Shown here in pieces: positions 1-10,021 of a DNA stretch of 64,000 nt. Source of the stretch: Alphaproteobacteria bacterium (GTDB lineage: Bacteria > Pseudomonadota > Alphaproteobacteria > UBA2966); NCBI GenBank assembly GCA_964291395.2, contig OZ219856.1:1248001-1312000 (forward strand), in the 5' to 3' direction. Each line of letters starts with the position of its first letter. Positions within the stretch are counted from its first letter, which is position 1. The notes beneath the pieces were generated by a model. It had not been told where the DNA came from. It saw only the letters and a program-made list of their open reading frames with translations, and did not search any database. A program made the translations under genes and the position numbers.

Positions 1-78
1 CGCGCGGCGGCGGCGCAGCCGGGCGCTTGTTTCCGAGGAGCTTAAATCGATCCGTCGCACTTGAGCGGTGTCACTCAT
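1..78 (-). CDS. pstA: Phosphate ABC transporter permease PstA, 5' end (runs off window)
   Basis: ATG at 78 overlaps the pstC stop (ATGAGTGA). Reads MSDTAQVRRIDLSSSETSARLRRRRA. Position directly after pstC. Confidence 0.75.
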   Translation of the reverse strand, partial: MSDTAQVRRIDLSSSETSARLRRRRA

Positions 79-1453
79 ACTGCTCTCGATACTTCTGCAC
101 AACGTGCAATGCGATCACGTTGAGCGACAGGGTGACGCAGAACATCACCAGGCCCAGCGCGAAGGCCGCCAGGGTCTTGGCGCTGTCGAACTCCTGATCG
201 CCCACGAGCAGCGTGACGATTTGCACCGTTACGGTCGTCACTGATTCCAGGGGATTGGCGGTGAGGTTGGCGGCGAGGCCCGCGGCCATCACCACGATCA
301 TGGTCTCTCCGATGGCGCGCGAGATGGCCAGCATGATGGAGCCGACGATGCCCGGCAGGGCCGCCGGCAGGATGACCTGTTTGACGGTCTCCGATTGCGT
401 GGCGCCGAGCGCATAGGCTCCATCCCGCAGGGATTGCGGCACCGCGTTGATGACGTCGTCCGACAGGGAAGAGACGAAGGGGATGATCATGATCCCCATC
501 ACCACGCCGGCCGCCAACGCACTCTCCGAGGAAACGTCGAGGCCGAGCCCGCTTCCCGCGTCGCGGATGAACGGTGCCACGGTGAGGGCGGCGAAGAACC
601 CGTACACGACGGTGGGGATACCCGCCAGAATCTCCAACAGCGGCTTGACGGTCGAGCGTACCTTGTGGGGCGCGTATTCGGACAGGTAGATCGCCGACAT
701 CAGCCCGATCGGCGTGGCGACGACCATGGCGATCAAGGTAATCAGGAAGGTGCCGGCAAACAGGGGAACCGCCCCAAAGGCGCCGGTGCTCCCCACCTGA
801 TCCGCCCGCAACGCGGTTTGCGGGCTCCATTCCAGACCGAAGAGAAAATCCGTGAACGGGATCAGGTTGAAGAAGCGCAGCGCTTCGAACAGAAGCGAGA
901 GGACGATGCCGACGGTCGTGAAAATCGCGATCGTCGAACTGACGATCAAAAAGATGCGGACGACCTTTTCGACCCGCTCGCGCGCGGCGAAACGCGGTGA
1001 AACATGTCTCCACGCGAGCGCGGTTCCTCCGATGGCCAACGCCAGCGAAAGTGCGGCCAGCGCGCTGAAGGCCATGGTTTGCAGGGAACTGTACAAGTCG
1101 GCCGCGGCCTGCATCTCCGGATCGATTTCCTTCGAGACGATATCGCCGCCGGCCAGGTTCTTGATGTCGTTGACCAGAAGACCCAGTTCGGCCTCGCCCA
1201 GTCCCTGGGCGCCCGGCAGACCGGAGACGAGGAACGATTCGACGATAGAGCCCTGGAAGAAGGACCAGACCAGGGTCAACAACAGGGCCGGCACGCCGCA
1301 CCACACGGCGACGTAGTAACCGTAGTGACCTGGCAGGGAATGCAGATCCCGCGCCCTGCCGCCCACGGTCGCCAGGGCGCGGGAACGCCCCAGGAAAAAG
1401 CCGACCACGGCCAGAACGAGGACGACCGCGGCGATAAGGGAGACTTCCATCAT
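71..1453 (-). CDS. pstC: Phosphate ABC transporter permease PstC (long N-terminal form)
   Basis: LAGIPTVVYGFFA, EAA-like loop (DGAYALGAT), SRAIGETMIV. Downstream of pstS. Confidence 0.95.
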   Translation of the reverse strand: MMEVSLIAAVVLVLAVVGFFLGRSRALATVGGRARDLHSLPGHYGYYVAVWCGVPALLLTLVWSFFQGSIVESFLVSGLPGAQGLGEAELGLLVNDIKNLAGGDIVSKEIDPEMQAAADLYSSLQTMAFSALAALSLALAIGGTALAWRHVSPRFAARERVEKVVRIFLIVSSTIAIFTTVGIVLSLLFEALRFFNLIPFTDFLFGLEWSPQTALRADQVGSTGAFGAVPLFAGTFLITLIAMVVATPIGLMSAIYLSEYAPHKVRSTVKPLLEILAGIPTVVYGFFAALTVAPFIRDAGSGLGLDVSSESALAAGVVMGIMIIPFVSSLSDDVINAVPQSLRDGAYALGATQSETVKQVILPAALPGIVGSIMLAISRAIGETMIVVMAAGLAANLTANPLESVTTVTVQIVTLLVGDQEFDSAKTLAAFALGLVMFCVTLSLNVIALHVVQKYREQYE

Positions 1454-1484
1454 CGACTGCAGGACGGCGATCTGTGACGGGAGG

Positions 1485-1514
1485 GACCGGCGGCCCGCGA
1501 TCCGGCCGCCGGTC
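1485..1514 (-). other. GC-rich intercistronic hairpin between pstS and pstC
   Basis: GACCGGCGGCC-8 nt-GGCCGCCGGTC perfect 11-bp stem with no U-tract. Likely mRNA stabiliser or partial terminator (inference). Confidence 0.55.
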
Positions 1515-1526
1515 CGGGCGGCATGC

Positions 1527-2558
1527 CTACGATCCGTAGGGGATCATCTTCGTCGCGGCTTCGCGGAACTTCCCTCTCTCTGCGTCCGGCATCGGGATCA
1601 GACCCTTGTCGGTGAGATATCCGTCGAGGCCCCAGGCCTTTTCGCTGGTGTACTCGGCGAGGAATTCCTCCATGCCCGGGATCTTACCGATGTGCGCCTT
1701 CTTGACGTAAAGGTAGAGAGGGCGTGAAACCGGGTAACTGGCGTCCGCGATATTTTCGAACGTCGGTGCGACGCCATCCATGACGCTGCCCTGGATCAGG
1801 TTGGCGTTCTGATCGAGGAAACTGAAACCGAAGACGCCGTAAGCCTTCGAATTCTCGACGAGCTTCTGAACGATCAGATTGTCGTTCTCGCCGGCCTCGA
1901 CGAAGGCACCGTCTTCCCGGATACCGTGGCAGATGGCCTTGTACCTGTTCTTGTCTTTCTTCTTCATGGCCTTGATCCAGCCGAACTTCTTGCAGCCGCC
2001 CTCCATGGCGAGTTCGACGAAGGCATCGCGCGTGCCCGACGTCGGAGGCGGACCCAGAACCTCGATCTTGGTGTCCGGCAGGGAGGGATCGATCTCGTTC
2101 CACATCTTGAACGGGTTGGGGACGAGCTTGCCTTCACCCTGCGGGATGTCCTTGGCCAGCGCCAGGAACAGGTGCTTGCGGCTGATCGTCATCTGCGGCG
2201 CGGATTTGGCGTTGGCGAGAACGATTCCGTCGTAACCGACCTTGACCTCGATGACGTCGGTGACGCCGTTCTTCGCGCACGTTTCGACTTCGGACCTCTT
2301 GATGCGGCGGGACGCATTCGTCATGTCGGGGTGCCTGACGCCGACACCGGCGCAGAACAGCTTGAGTCCACCACCCGAGCCGGTGCTCTCCACCACCGGG
2401 GTCCTGAATTTCGTGGTTTTGCCGAAGGTCTCGGCCACGGCTGTCGTGAACGGATACACCGTCGATGAACCGACGATATTGATCTGATCACGCGCCTCGG
2501 CGAATCCGCCGACCGCGACGCCGGCCAGTATCGCCAGAGACAGCAGCTTGTTGTTCAT
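1527..2558 (-). CDS. pstS: Phosphate ABC transporter substrate-binding protein PstS
   Basis: Signal peptide, IVGSSTVYPF, ESTGSGGG, PPTSGTRDAF, YPVSRPLY motifs. Confidence 0.95.
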   Translation of the reverse strand: MNNKLLSLAILAGVAVGGFAEARDQINIVGSSTVYPFTTAVAETFGKTTKFRTPVVESTGSGGGLKLFCAGVGVRHPDMTNASRRIKRSEVETCAKNGVTDVIEVKVGYDGIVLANAKSAPQMTISRKHLFLALAKDIPQGEGKLVPNPFKMWNEIDPSLPDTKIEVLGPPPTSGTRDAFVELAMEGGCKKFGWIKAMKKKDKNRYKAICHGIREDGAFVEAGENDNLIVQKLVENSKAYGVFGFSFLDQNANLIQGSVMDGVAPTFENIADASYPVSRPLYLYVKKAHIGKIPGMEEFLAEYTSEKAWGLDGYLTDKGLIPMPDAERGKFREAATKMIPYGS

Positions 2559-2663
2559 TCACATATCTCCTGTTGCAGATTGGGCAGACCGACGAAGCCC
2601 TGGCGGCATTCGCCGATATCGATGTCGATACCCCGATTCGTATGCCGTGCCCGCGACTCCCGT

Positions 2664-2692
2664 ATGACAGTCATGTTGCGGTTTTGTGACAA
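2664..2692 (-). promoter_or_regulatory. Pho box (PhoB site) upstream of pstS
   Basis: Minus strand TTGTCAC-AAAA-CCGCAAC-ATGA-CTGTCAT: three heptamers at 11-bp spacing resembling CTGTCAT. Confidence 0.8.
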
Positions 2693-2727
2693 CGGAGACT
2701 GTATGTCGCCGAAACGGGGGAGGGGGG

Positions 2728-4029
2728 TTATCTATCCGATAAATCTTGAGGATCTTGCGAGAATGTGGGCACCGTCACGGTAAACGTGCTGCCGGACTCC
2801 GGGGTGCTTTCGATGAGAATGTGGCCACGATGCCGGCTGACGATGTGTTTGACGATCGCGAGCCCGAGACCGGTGCCTCCAAGCCCCCGGGACCGGGCCT
2901 TGTCCACCCGGTAGAACCGCTCCGTGAGCCGGGGGATATGATCGGTCGGAATCCCGTCTCCCTGATCCTGCACGCTGACGGCGACGCCGTGCGTGCCCGA
3001 CTCCGGCAGGCGTTCGACTGGACTCGCGGTAACGCGCACGGGCTTTCCGGGGCCCCCGTACTTCAAGGCGTTGTCGATCAGATTCTGGAACACCTGGCTC
3101 AGTTGATCGTGGTCTCCGAGCACGCTTGGAAGGTCATCGGGGAGATCCACGTCGATGCTGTTGCCGCTTTCGGTGCAGCGGTTCGAGTACGTGTCGACCA
3201 CTTCGCCGATGACGGTCTCGATCTCGACCTCGTCCTCGGGACGAATGTGTTCGTTCGCTTCGACGCGCGACAGGGAAAGGAGGTCTTCGATCAGGCGCGT
3301 CATTCTCTGCGCCTCGTTGTTCATGATGCCGAGAAACTTTTCTCGGGCAGCGGGATCGTCCTTCGCGGGACCGCTCAGCGTCTCGATAAAACCGGCGAGC
3401 GCCGCCAACGGCGAGCGCAGCTCGTGACTGACGTTGGCCACGAAATCCGCGCGCACCTCATCGACGCGCTTCGTGCCCGTGACGTCGTGCAGCAAAACGA
3501 CGACGCGCACGCCGTCCTCGTCATCCGGCCTGGGAACTGCGGCGACCTGAACTTCGAACGTGATGGGTACGCCCACGACGAGCTCGAATTCGACCGGGTC
3601 GGGAGTACCGCCTGCCAGCGAGAGGTCAACCGCGTCCAACACGGCCGGGTGACGCAGCGCAATCGTGAGATCCCGGCCCATCTCGGTGATATTGAACAGC
3701 TTCCGCGCTGCCTGGTTGGCGGAAATGATGTTGCGGGATGCGTTGAGCAGAATCACCGGATCGGGTAGCTCGTCGAGGATGCGGCGTTCCACCGGCTCCG
3801 TGTCGACCGGCGTTTCCGCGGGCTGAACGGGGGTCACGGTTGCGGTGCGCCGCGCCGTCCATACGGCACCGGCAATGATCAGCGCGATGACCGTGACGCC
3901 CTCGCCGACGCCGACAACGCCGGTCATGAGCAGCACCACGAGCAGGACTATGCTCGGCGCCGCCCCCATCATGACGGTTCGACTAAGCATCGGTGAGGTT
4001 CCGCATCGCTCGTCGGGTTGTTTCGACAT
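2728..4029 (-). CDS. phoR: Phosphate regulon sensor histidine kinase PhoR
   Basis: N-terminal TM segments, PAS-like region, H-box DFVANVSHELRSPL, RLTERFYRVDKARSR, GTGLGLAIVKH. Upstream of pstSCA. Confidence 0.92.
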   Translation of the reverse strand: MSKQPDERCGTSPMLSRTVMMGAAPSIVLLVVLLMTGVVGVGEGVTVIALIIAGAVWTARRTATVTPVQPAETPVDTEPVERRILDELPDPVILLNASRNIISANQAARKLFNITEMGRDLTIALRHPAVLDAVDLSLAGGTPDPVEFELVVGVPITFEVQVAAVPRPDDEDGVRVVVLLHDVTGTKRVDEVRADFVANVSHELRSPLAALAGFIETLSGPAKDDPAAREKFLGIMNNEAQRMTRLIEDLLSLSRVEANEHIRPEDEVEIETVIGEVVDTYSNRCTESGNSIDVDLPDDLPSVLGDHDQLSQVFQNLIDNALKYGGPGKPVRVTASPVERLPESGTHGVAVSVQDQGDGIPTDHIPRLTERFYRVDKARSRGLGGTGLGLAIVKHIVSRHRGHILIESTPESGSTFTVTVPTFSQDPQDLSDR

Positions 4030-4160
4030 ATGGTCCGGCGTCCCGTCGAGACGAGGATCTCGAGCCTGCCGCGACCTCGTTTATCCTACATGCCCGGTAG
4101 AGAGAAACGGGAATACCCAAGGTGAGCTGGATCGGGTCATTTGGGCTGCAGCTTTCCGGC

Positions 4161-4419
4161 CTATATCGTGTTCGGCAATCCGGCTTGAGATGGAAGGTCC
4201 ATTCTTGTAGGCAAGAGACGGATCGCGTCGCCCGTTTTTCTCGTCGGCCGAGACAAGGTCGAAATGCGCCTGCAAATTGAGCCAGAACTGCGGCTCAATA
4301 CCGAACCAATGCCCGAAGCGCAGGGCCGTGTCGCCCGATATCGAGCGCTTGCCGTTGATGATCTGGCTCACCCGGTTGGCGGGCACGTCGATCTGGCGCG
4401 CGAATTCCGTGGGCGTGAT
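4161..4419 (-). pseudogene. higA: Decayed HigA-family antitoxin (5'-truncated, probably frameshifted)
   Basis: ITPTEFARQIDVPANRVSQIINGKRSISGDTALRFGHWFG...FWLNLQ is the HigA HTH core. No HPGE N-terminus upstream. Deleting one base in the T5 run at 4235-4239 gives EKTGDAIRLLPT ending at TAG 4161. No toxin gene adjacent. Confidence 0.75.
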
Positions 4420-4465
4420 AGGCTTTCGTTCGCAGGGACGACAAGCGCAAATCGGAGGAGGGACG

Positions 4466-6118
4466 ATGGACTACTACGACCTGGGTCCTTACGGCCGGAC
4501 CATCACGACCGGTTCTGCAGACGCTCAGCTCTGGTTCGACCGAGGGCTTAACTGGGTATTCGCCTTCAACCACGGCGAAGCCATCGAATGTTTCTGCAAA
4601 GCCATCGAGGCCGACCCAGGCTGTGCGATGGCCCATTGGGGTGTGGCCTATGCCACCGGTCCAAACTACAACCTGCCTTGGCATCTGTATGACCCCGACG
4701 GGCGGGCGCAGGCACTGGCCGGGGCTTATGACGCCATGCAGCTCGCACTGTCGCACGTCGACGGCGCGACCCCCTTGGAACAGGCGCTCATCCACGCTCT
4801 TCCGGCCCGCTATCCTCAGCGAGATCCGATCGATGATCTGTCGCCCTGGGACAAGGACTTTACCGTCGCCATGCGCAGGGTTTTGGAGGAATTCCCCGAC
4901 GACCTGGAAGTGCGGTGCGTCTTCGCCGAAGCCATCATGAACGAGACTCCCTGGCAGATGTGGAACCTGGAGACAGGTGAGGTTGCGGAAGGCGCCGGTA
5001 CCGTCGAGGCACGGGAGGTCCTCGAGTCCGCATTCCGCGACGTCCCGGCGAGCTGGGATCACCCGGGCCTGCTCCACCTCTATGTCCATCTCATGGAGAT
5101 GTCGCCGTTCCCGGAACTCGCCCTGCGTGCCGGCGATCGGCTGCGCGAAATCATGCCGGACAGCGGCCACCTCATCCACATGCCGACCCACATAGACGTG
5201 CTGTGCGGCAACTATCGCGACGTCGTCGTCTACAACCAGAAGGCCATCGTCGCCGACCGCAAGTTCCTGGAGCGGGCCGGCGCGCTGAATTTCTACTCGC
5301 TCTACCGCACCCACAACCACCATTTCGCTATGTACGGCGCCATGTTCCTGGGTCAGTACACGCCGGCGCTCGAAGCGGCCCAGGAACTGATCGACACCAC
5401 GCCCGAGGATCTGCTGCTCGTGGAATCCCCACCCATGGCGGACTTCATCGAGGGCTACCTCCCGATGAAGCAGCACGTGCTTATCCGCTTCGGCAAATGG
5501 CAGGAGATCATCGATCAGGACCTTCCCGGGAATCAGGAGCTCTACTGTTCGACCACGGCGATGATGCGTTACGCCAGGTCCGTGGCTCACTCGGCCATGG
5601 GCCACGTCGCCGAAGCGGAGCGGGAGAAGGCGGCCTTCCTGGAGGCCAGGAAGAAGGTTCCCGAGAGCCGTCGCGTGCACAACAACACGGTGGAGGATCT
5701 GCTTGAGATCGCGGAGGCCATGTTGGATGGCGAGCTCGAGTACCGGCGGGGGAATTTTGACGCCGCATTTGCACGTCTTCGAAGGGCCGTCGAATTGGAT
5801 GACGCCTTGCCGTACGACGAACCGTGGGGCTGGATGCAGCCGACCCGGCATGCGCTCGGCGCGCTGCTGCTCGAGCAAGGCCGGTTGGAGGAAGCCGAGG
5901 CGGTCTACCGCGAGGACCTTGGGCTGGTCCAGACTTTGAGCCGGGCCTGCCAGCACCCGGGCAATCTCTGGAGTCTCCATGGACTGCACGAGTGCCTGAC
6001 GCGGCGCGGCGAAACGGTCGAATCGGTCCATATCAAGCAACAGTTGGACAAGGCGCTCGCGCGCGCGGAGGTCGAGGTCCACGCGTCCTGCTATTGTCGT
6101 CGGCAGGCTGCGGCCTGA
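4466..6118 (+). CDS. Tetratricopeptide-repeat protein of unknown function
   Basis: SD GGAGG before ATG 4466 (MDYYDLG). Helical repeats (AQLWFDRGL..FNHGEAIECF, LGALLLEQGRLEEAEAVYREDL) and His-rich motifs. Confidence 0.8.
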   Translation: MDYYDLGPYGRTITTGSADAQLWFDRGLNWVFAFNHGEAIECFCKAIEADPGCAMAHWGVAYATGPNYNLPWHLYDPDGRAQALAGAYDAMQLALSHVDGATPLEQALIHALPARYPQRDPIDDLSPWDKDFTVAMRRVLEEFPDDLEVRCVFAEAIMNETPWQMWNLETGEVAEGAGTVEAREVLESAFRDVPASWDHPGLLHLYVHLMEMSPFPELALRAGDRLREIMPDSGHLIHMPTHIDVLCGNYRDVVVYNQKAIVADRKFLERAGALNFYSLYRTHNHHFAMYGAMFLGQYTPALEAAQELIDTTPEDLLLVESPPMADFIEGYLPMKQHVLIRFGKWQEIIDQDLPGNQELYCSTTAMMRYARSVAHSAMGHVAEAEREKAAFLEARKKVPESRRVHNNTVEDLLEIAEAMLDGELEYRRGNFDAAFARLRRAVELDDALPYDEPWGWMQPTRHALGALLLEQGRLEEAEAVYREDLGLVQTLSRACQHPGNLWSLHGLHECLTRRGETVESVHIKQQLDKALARAEVEVHASCYCRRQAAA

Positions 6119-6151
6119 ACGCATCGGTCGGGTTTCCGAGAAATCGTCACA

Positions 6152-7360
6152 ATGCACGAGACCGCGTCCAGCATCGTCGGGAAGGAGGCCGTGGCGGCGG
6201 TCCGCCGACCCATCGAGACTGCCTGGGGCCTGCCGGCCGCTGCCTATACCAGCGGGGAGTTCTTCCGGCTCGAGCAGCACAAGTATCTGCGCAAGATGTG
6301 GATGGCGGCCGCTTTCGAAGCGGAGATTCCGGAGCCGGGCGATGCCATGCCGGTCATCGTGGCCGGCCTTCCCATCATCCTGGTACGGGGCGACGACGGA
6401 GAGGTCAGAGCCTTCCACAATGTCTGCCGCCACCGGGGAATGATGGTGTTGGGGAAGCGATGCCAAGGGCAGAAACAACTCGTCTGCCCCTATCATGCCT
6501 GGGTCTACGGGCTGGATGGAAAGCTGATCCGGGCGCCGTTCTTCGACGGGACTCCGGAAGGCGATTCCAAGAGCGTCTTGGACAAGGAGGCGCTCAGCCT
6601 GGTGCGCGTGCGTTGTGCCGTCTGGCGCCACTGGATCTTCGTCGACTTCGGCGGCGAAGCGCCCGGAATCGAAGAGCATTTGCAGCCGCTCCTCGACTTC
6701 ATGAACGATGCCGATGTCGGCGCCATGCGTTACGCGGGCAAAGTGGAATGGGAATTTCAGGCCAATTGGAAGATGGTCGGCGACAACTGGGAGAACTACC
6801 ACCACGTTTACGTCCATGGTGGCGTGTTCGCGAAGATGTCCGACGATATCGACCTGCGGACCGGCAAGCTGTGGTCAGCCCCGCTGCACAAAGGTTGCGT
6901 ATTGACCCTGCGTCGGCGCATCGAGGCGGCACCGTCCTATCCGTTCAAGGACACCGGTCTTCCGTTGATCCCCTTCCCTGAGGGGAAGGAGCGCGTCACC
7001 GCACCGAATTTCGTTTTTCCCAACGTCGAGATTGATCTCGTCCGCGACAACATCTCGTCGATCATTTACGAACCGGTCGCGCCGGACCGGACGATCGCCA
7101 AGATGGGCTTCTTCTTTCTTGGCGACGCCGCAACCTCGGACGAGCACGCCGAGGGCCGCAAGATTGCCATGGACCGCTGGCTTGGCCCGGCACGCTCGAA
7201 GGACGCCAACGACGGCGTGCGCAATCAGGACTTCCGGATCTGGGAGGCGATACAGATCGCAAAGGGTTCACCCGTCGCCGATGCCAACGTGTTCTCGCCG
7301 TTGTGGGAAGGCAATCCCCATTACTTCCACAACCACATCCTCGACTACTTGGAGGCGTAG
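6152..7360 (+). CDS. Rieske non-heme iron oxygenase alpha subunit (choline monooxygenase-like)
   Basis: Rieske CRHRG...CPYHAW, mononuclear Fe site NWK..DNWENYHHVYVH, distal QD. Confidence 0.9.
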   Translation: MHETASSIVGKEAVAAVRRPIETAWGLPAAAYTSGEFFRLEQHKYLRKMWMAAAFEAEIPEPGDAMPVIVAGLPIILVRGDDGEVRAFHNVCRHRGMMVLGKRCQGQKQLVCPYHAWVYGLDGKLIRAPFFDGTPEGDSKSVLDKEALSLVRVRCAVWRHWIFVDFGGEAPGIEEHLQPLLDFMNDADVGAMRYAGKVEWEFQANWKMVGDNWENYHHVYVHGGVFAKMSDDIDLRTGKLWSAPLHKGCVLTLRRRIEAAPSYPFKDTGLPLIPFPEGKERVTAPNFVFPNVEIDLVRDNISSIIYEPVAPDRTIAKMGFFFLGDAATSDEHAEGRKIAMDRWLGPARSKDANDGVRNQDFRIWEAIQIAKGSPVADANVFSPLWEGNPHYFHNHILDYLEA

Positions 7361-7411
7361 CCGAAAGGCTCCTCCCCTTCTGCAGGAGAATTTGCCTGAA
7401 GAAGGCGGAAA

Positions 7412-8497
7412 CTAGCTGGACTTGCCCGCCGTGCGGGTCCAGCGGTCGGTCCAGTCGGGAACGTCCGCCTTGTTGTAGTCGATCTGCAGGTTCTCCTCGA
7501 GCGGTACGAACATCTCCTGCGAGACTTCGTCCGCAAGGAAGGTCTTCAGCGCTTCCTGGTTGGACGGGATCACGCCCATCGCCGGTGCCCACGCCGACTG
7601 AAAGTCCAGGTTGATGAATTGGTTGACGTAGAAGGTGGCGAGTTCCGGAACCGGCGTCCCCTTTACGACGCCGATCCAGCCGTTCTTCATGACGCCCCGC
7701 TTCCCGTCCGCCATGAGCGGCATGACCGCATCCACCGGCTCGCCGGATTTGCGGACGCGTGCGCAGTGTCCCGAATAGATCAGGGCCGCCGCAACGTCGC
7801 CCGTCTGCAACATGTTGATCGCCTCGCCGGCGCGCTTCCAGTACTTCAGGGCATTGATCTCTTTCAGCAGGTCGAGCCCGGGCTGGATGTTCTGAACGTC
7901 GCCGCCCGCCGCATACACGATGCCGGCGAAGTTGGCGAGACCGCCGCCGGAGGTGATGTCCGGAATCACGACCATGCCTTCCAGCTTGGGATCACCGAGA
8001 TCCTTGTATGTCGTGGGTGCGGGAAGGCCGAGTTCCTTGAACTTCTCCCGGTTGTAGCAGATGCCCTCCTGGACGATCCACGTGGCCACCTTCCACTCGT
8101 CGTAGAACCCGTCCTGGAGGTATTGGACGTTGGGTACCTGGCTCAGGTCGATCTTCTGCAGCAGGTTTTCGCGCGTAAAGGTCGGCATCAGGGCATCGAG
8201 GATCTCGAGCACGTCGATCGGCACCTCACGCCCCCGCGCGGCGACCAATTTCGCTATGTTGTCCTGGGTGCTGGCCAGAACGTATTCCACTTTGCCGCCT
8301 TCGGCTTCGATTTTGGGCGCAATGATCTCCTTCTGGAAATCGCCCCATTTGCCGCCCCAGGTTCCGACGCGAAGCACCTGCCCCTTGAACCGCTCGCCGG
8401 CCCACGCGCCGTCGCCGACACCTATTGCTGACAATGTGCCGAGCACACCGGCAACCGCGACGGCGGCCGCCGTCATTCGTCCGAACGATCCAAACAT
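7412..8497 (-). CDS. ABC transporter substrate-binding protein, PotD/PotF-like (orphan)
   Basis: Signal peptide, VGTWGG, KIDLSQVPN, YN...PTTYKDL pattern. Confidence 0.8.
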   Translation of the reverse strand: MFGSFGRMTAAAVAVAGVLGTLSAIGVGDGAWAGERFKGQVLRVGTWGGKWGDFQKEIIAPKIEAEGGKVEYVLASTQDNIAKLVAARGREVPIDVLEILDALMPTFTRENLLQKIDLSQVPNVQYLQDGFYDEWKVATWIVQEGICYNREKFKELGLPAPTTYKDLGDPKLEGMVVIPDITSGGGLANFAGIVYAAGGDVQNIQPGLDLLKEINALKYWKRAGEAINMLQTGDVAAALIYSGHCARVRKSGEPVDAVMPLMADGKRGVMKNGWIGVVKGTPVPELATFYVNQFINLDFQSAWAPAMGVIPSNQEALKTFLADEVSQEMFVPLEENLQIDYNKADVPDWTDRWTRTAGKSS

Positions 8498-8843
8498 GCG
8501 AATTCCTCCTGCTTGTCCAAAGGAGATAGTGGGAAAACGAAGGTTGCTGACTCAGCACGGACCCGGCCGAAATGAAGTCACCGATTTGTTCGCTGCCGGG
8601 CGCCGCCTCCTGCATCGGCCCTATGGAAGAATATGACTCACGACGGTGTTCCAGGCAAACGGCGCGCACTCCAAGACCGGCTTTCCGTGAATCGTCCATG
8701 TCGTGTGTTACCGACACGACTCGATAGGTGACGAACCGGACCGTCGTGCACCCGATGAGGTCTACCGTCAGGCCTGCTTGCGGCTGCCCGTCGTCATGGG
8801 CCTCGCCGTCGTCGTCCCGTGAGTGTACGAGGCCGCCTGCCTG

Positions 8844-9725
8844 CTACTCCGCCGCTTCGGGTTCCAATTTGTCCTGCGTCCTCAGTTCGAAGTCACTGGC
8901 GTCGTGGCGTTCGTGCAGTTGCGTCTCCGGCTCCCCTTGGACGCGGTTGACCATGCGCCCGCGCTTCACGGCCTCGCGGTCGCCGATCTGATCGGTCCAT
9001 CTGTTGACGTGCTTGTAGGAGGGCGCGTCGAGAAACTCGGCCCCTTCATAGAGCCGGTTCAACAGGAGTTGGCCATACCACGGCCAGATGGCCATGTCGG
9101 CGATCGTGTACTCGTCGCCGCACATGTATTCGTTCTCCGCCAGGTGACGGTCGAGCACATCCAGTTGGCGCTTCGTTTCCATGGCGAAGCGGTTGATGGC
9201 GTATTCGATCTTTTCCGGGGCGTAGGCATAGAAGTGGCCGAAGCCTCCGCCGAGATAAGGCGCGCTGCCCATCTGCCAGAACAGCCATGACAGGCATTCG
9301 GGCATGTCGGCGGGATCTTTCGGCAGGAATTCACCGAATTTCTCCGCCAGATAGAGGAGGATCGCGCCGGACTCGAACACCCGCGTCGGTTTCGGGGCGC
9401 CGCGGTCCATCAGCGCAGGAATCTTGGAATTGGGATTGACCCCGACGAAGCCGCTGCCGAACTGGTCGCCATCCCCGATCCTGACCAGCCAGGCGTCGTA
9501 TTCGGCCCCGCCATGGCCCAGCGCCAGCAGTTCCTCGAGCAGCACGGTGACCTTCACGCCGTTCGGCGTGGCGAGCGAATAGAGTTGCAACGGGTGCCTG
9601 CCGACCGGCAGCTCCTTGTCGTGCGTGGGGCCCGCGATGGGGCGATTGATGTTGGCGAACCGTCCGCCGTTCTCCTTTTCCCATGTCCAGACCTTGGGCG
9701 GGACGTATTCTGACGCGTCATTCAT
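8844..9725 (-). CDS. yghU: Glutathione-dependent disulfide-bond oxidoreductase YghU
   Basis: YVPPKVWTW, SLATPNGVKV, NPNSKIPAL, FESGAIL, QLHERHDASDF. Confidence 0.93.
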   Translation of the reverse strand: MNDASEYVPPKVWTWEKENGGRFANINRPIAGPTHDKELPVGRHPLQLYSLATPNGVKVTVLLEELLALGHGGAEYDAWLVRIGDGDQFGSGFVGVNPNSKIPALMDRGAPKPTRVFESGAILLYLAEKFGEFLPKDPADMPECLSWLFWQMGSAPYLGGGFGHFYAYAPEKIEYAINRFAMETKRQLDVLDRHLAENEYMCGDEYTIADMAIWPWYGQLLLNRLYEGAEFLDAPSYKHVNRWTDQIGDREAVKRGRMVNRVQGEPETQLHERHDASDFELRTQDKLEPEAAE

Positions 9726-10021
9726 TCCGGGAACTCCCTTCAGGCGGCCGTGGCCTCAAATTCCGGCGCGACCCGTTCGGTCGCGCGGATGCTCGCTCCG
9801 GCTACGTTTAGCACACTGCGCTCCGATATGGGGCTTTCGGGCTGATCGCCCGGACCGGGCCGCCGGTTGCCCGAGCTTGCGGCGCTGGCTATACAGGAGC
9901 GCCCGCGACGGGCGCCATGGCGGGGTTTCGTACGGTTTTCCTCTGCCGCATGTCGCCCGCATCCTCAGACGGATATGACGGCTTGCGGACCGGATCACCG
10001 CCATGCCGGGAGATGGTTGAA

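Noticed and set aside
4277-4465. N-terminal extension of the TPR ORF in the track
   Set aside because: It overlaps the higA relic. A strong SD supports ATG 4466.
4295-6817. 840-aa minus-strand ORF and the many other long antisense or alternate-frame ORFs (e.g. 10753-12240, 18481-20010, 21808-23418, 27121-28386, 57005-58315)
   Set aside because: They shadow well-supported genes and show no family motifs. Such ORFs are expected in high-GC coding DNA.
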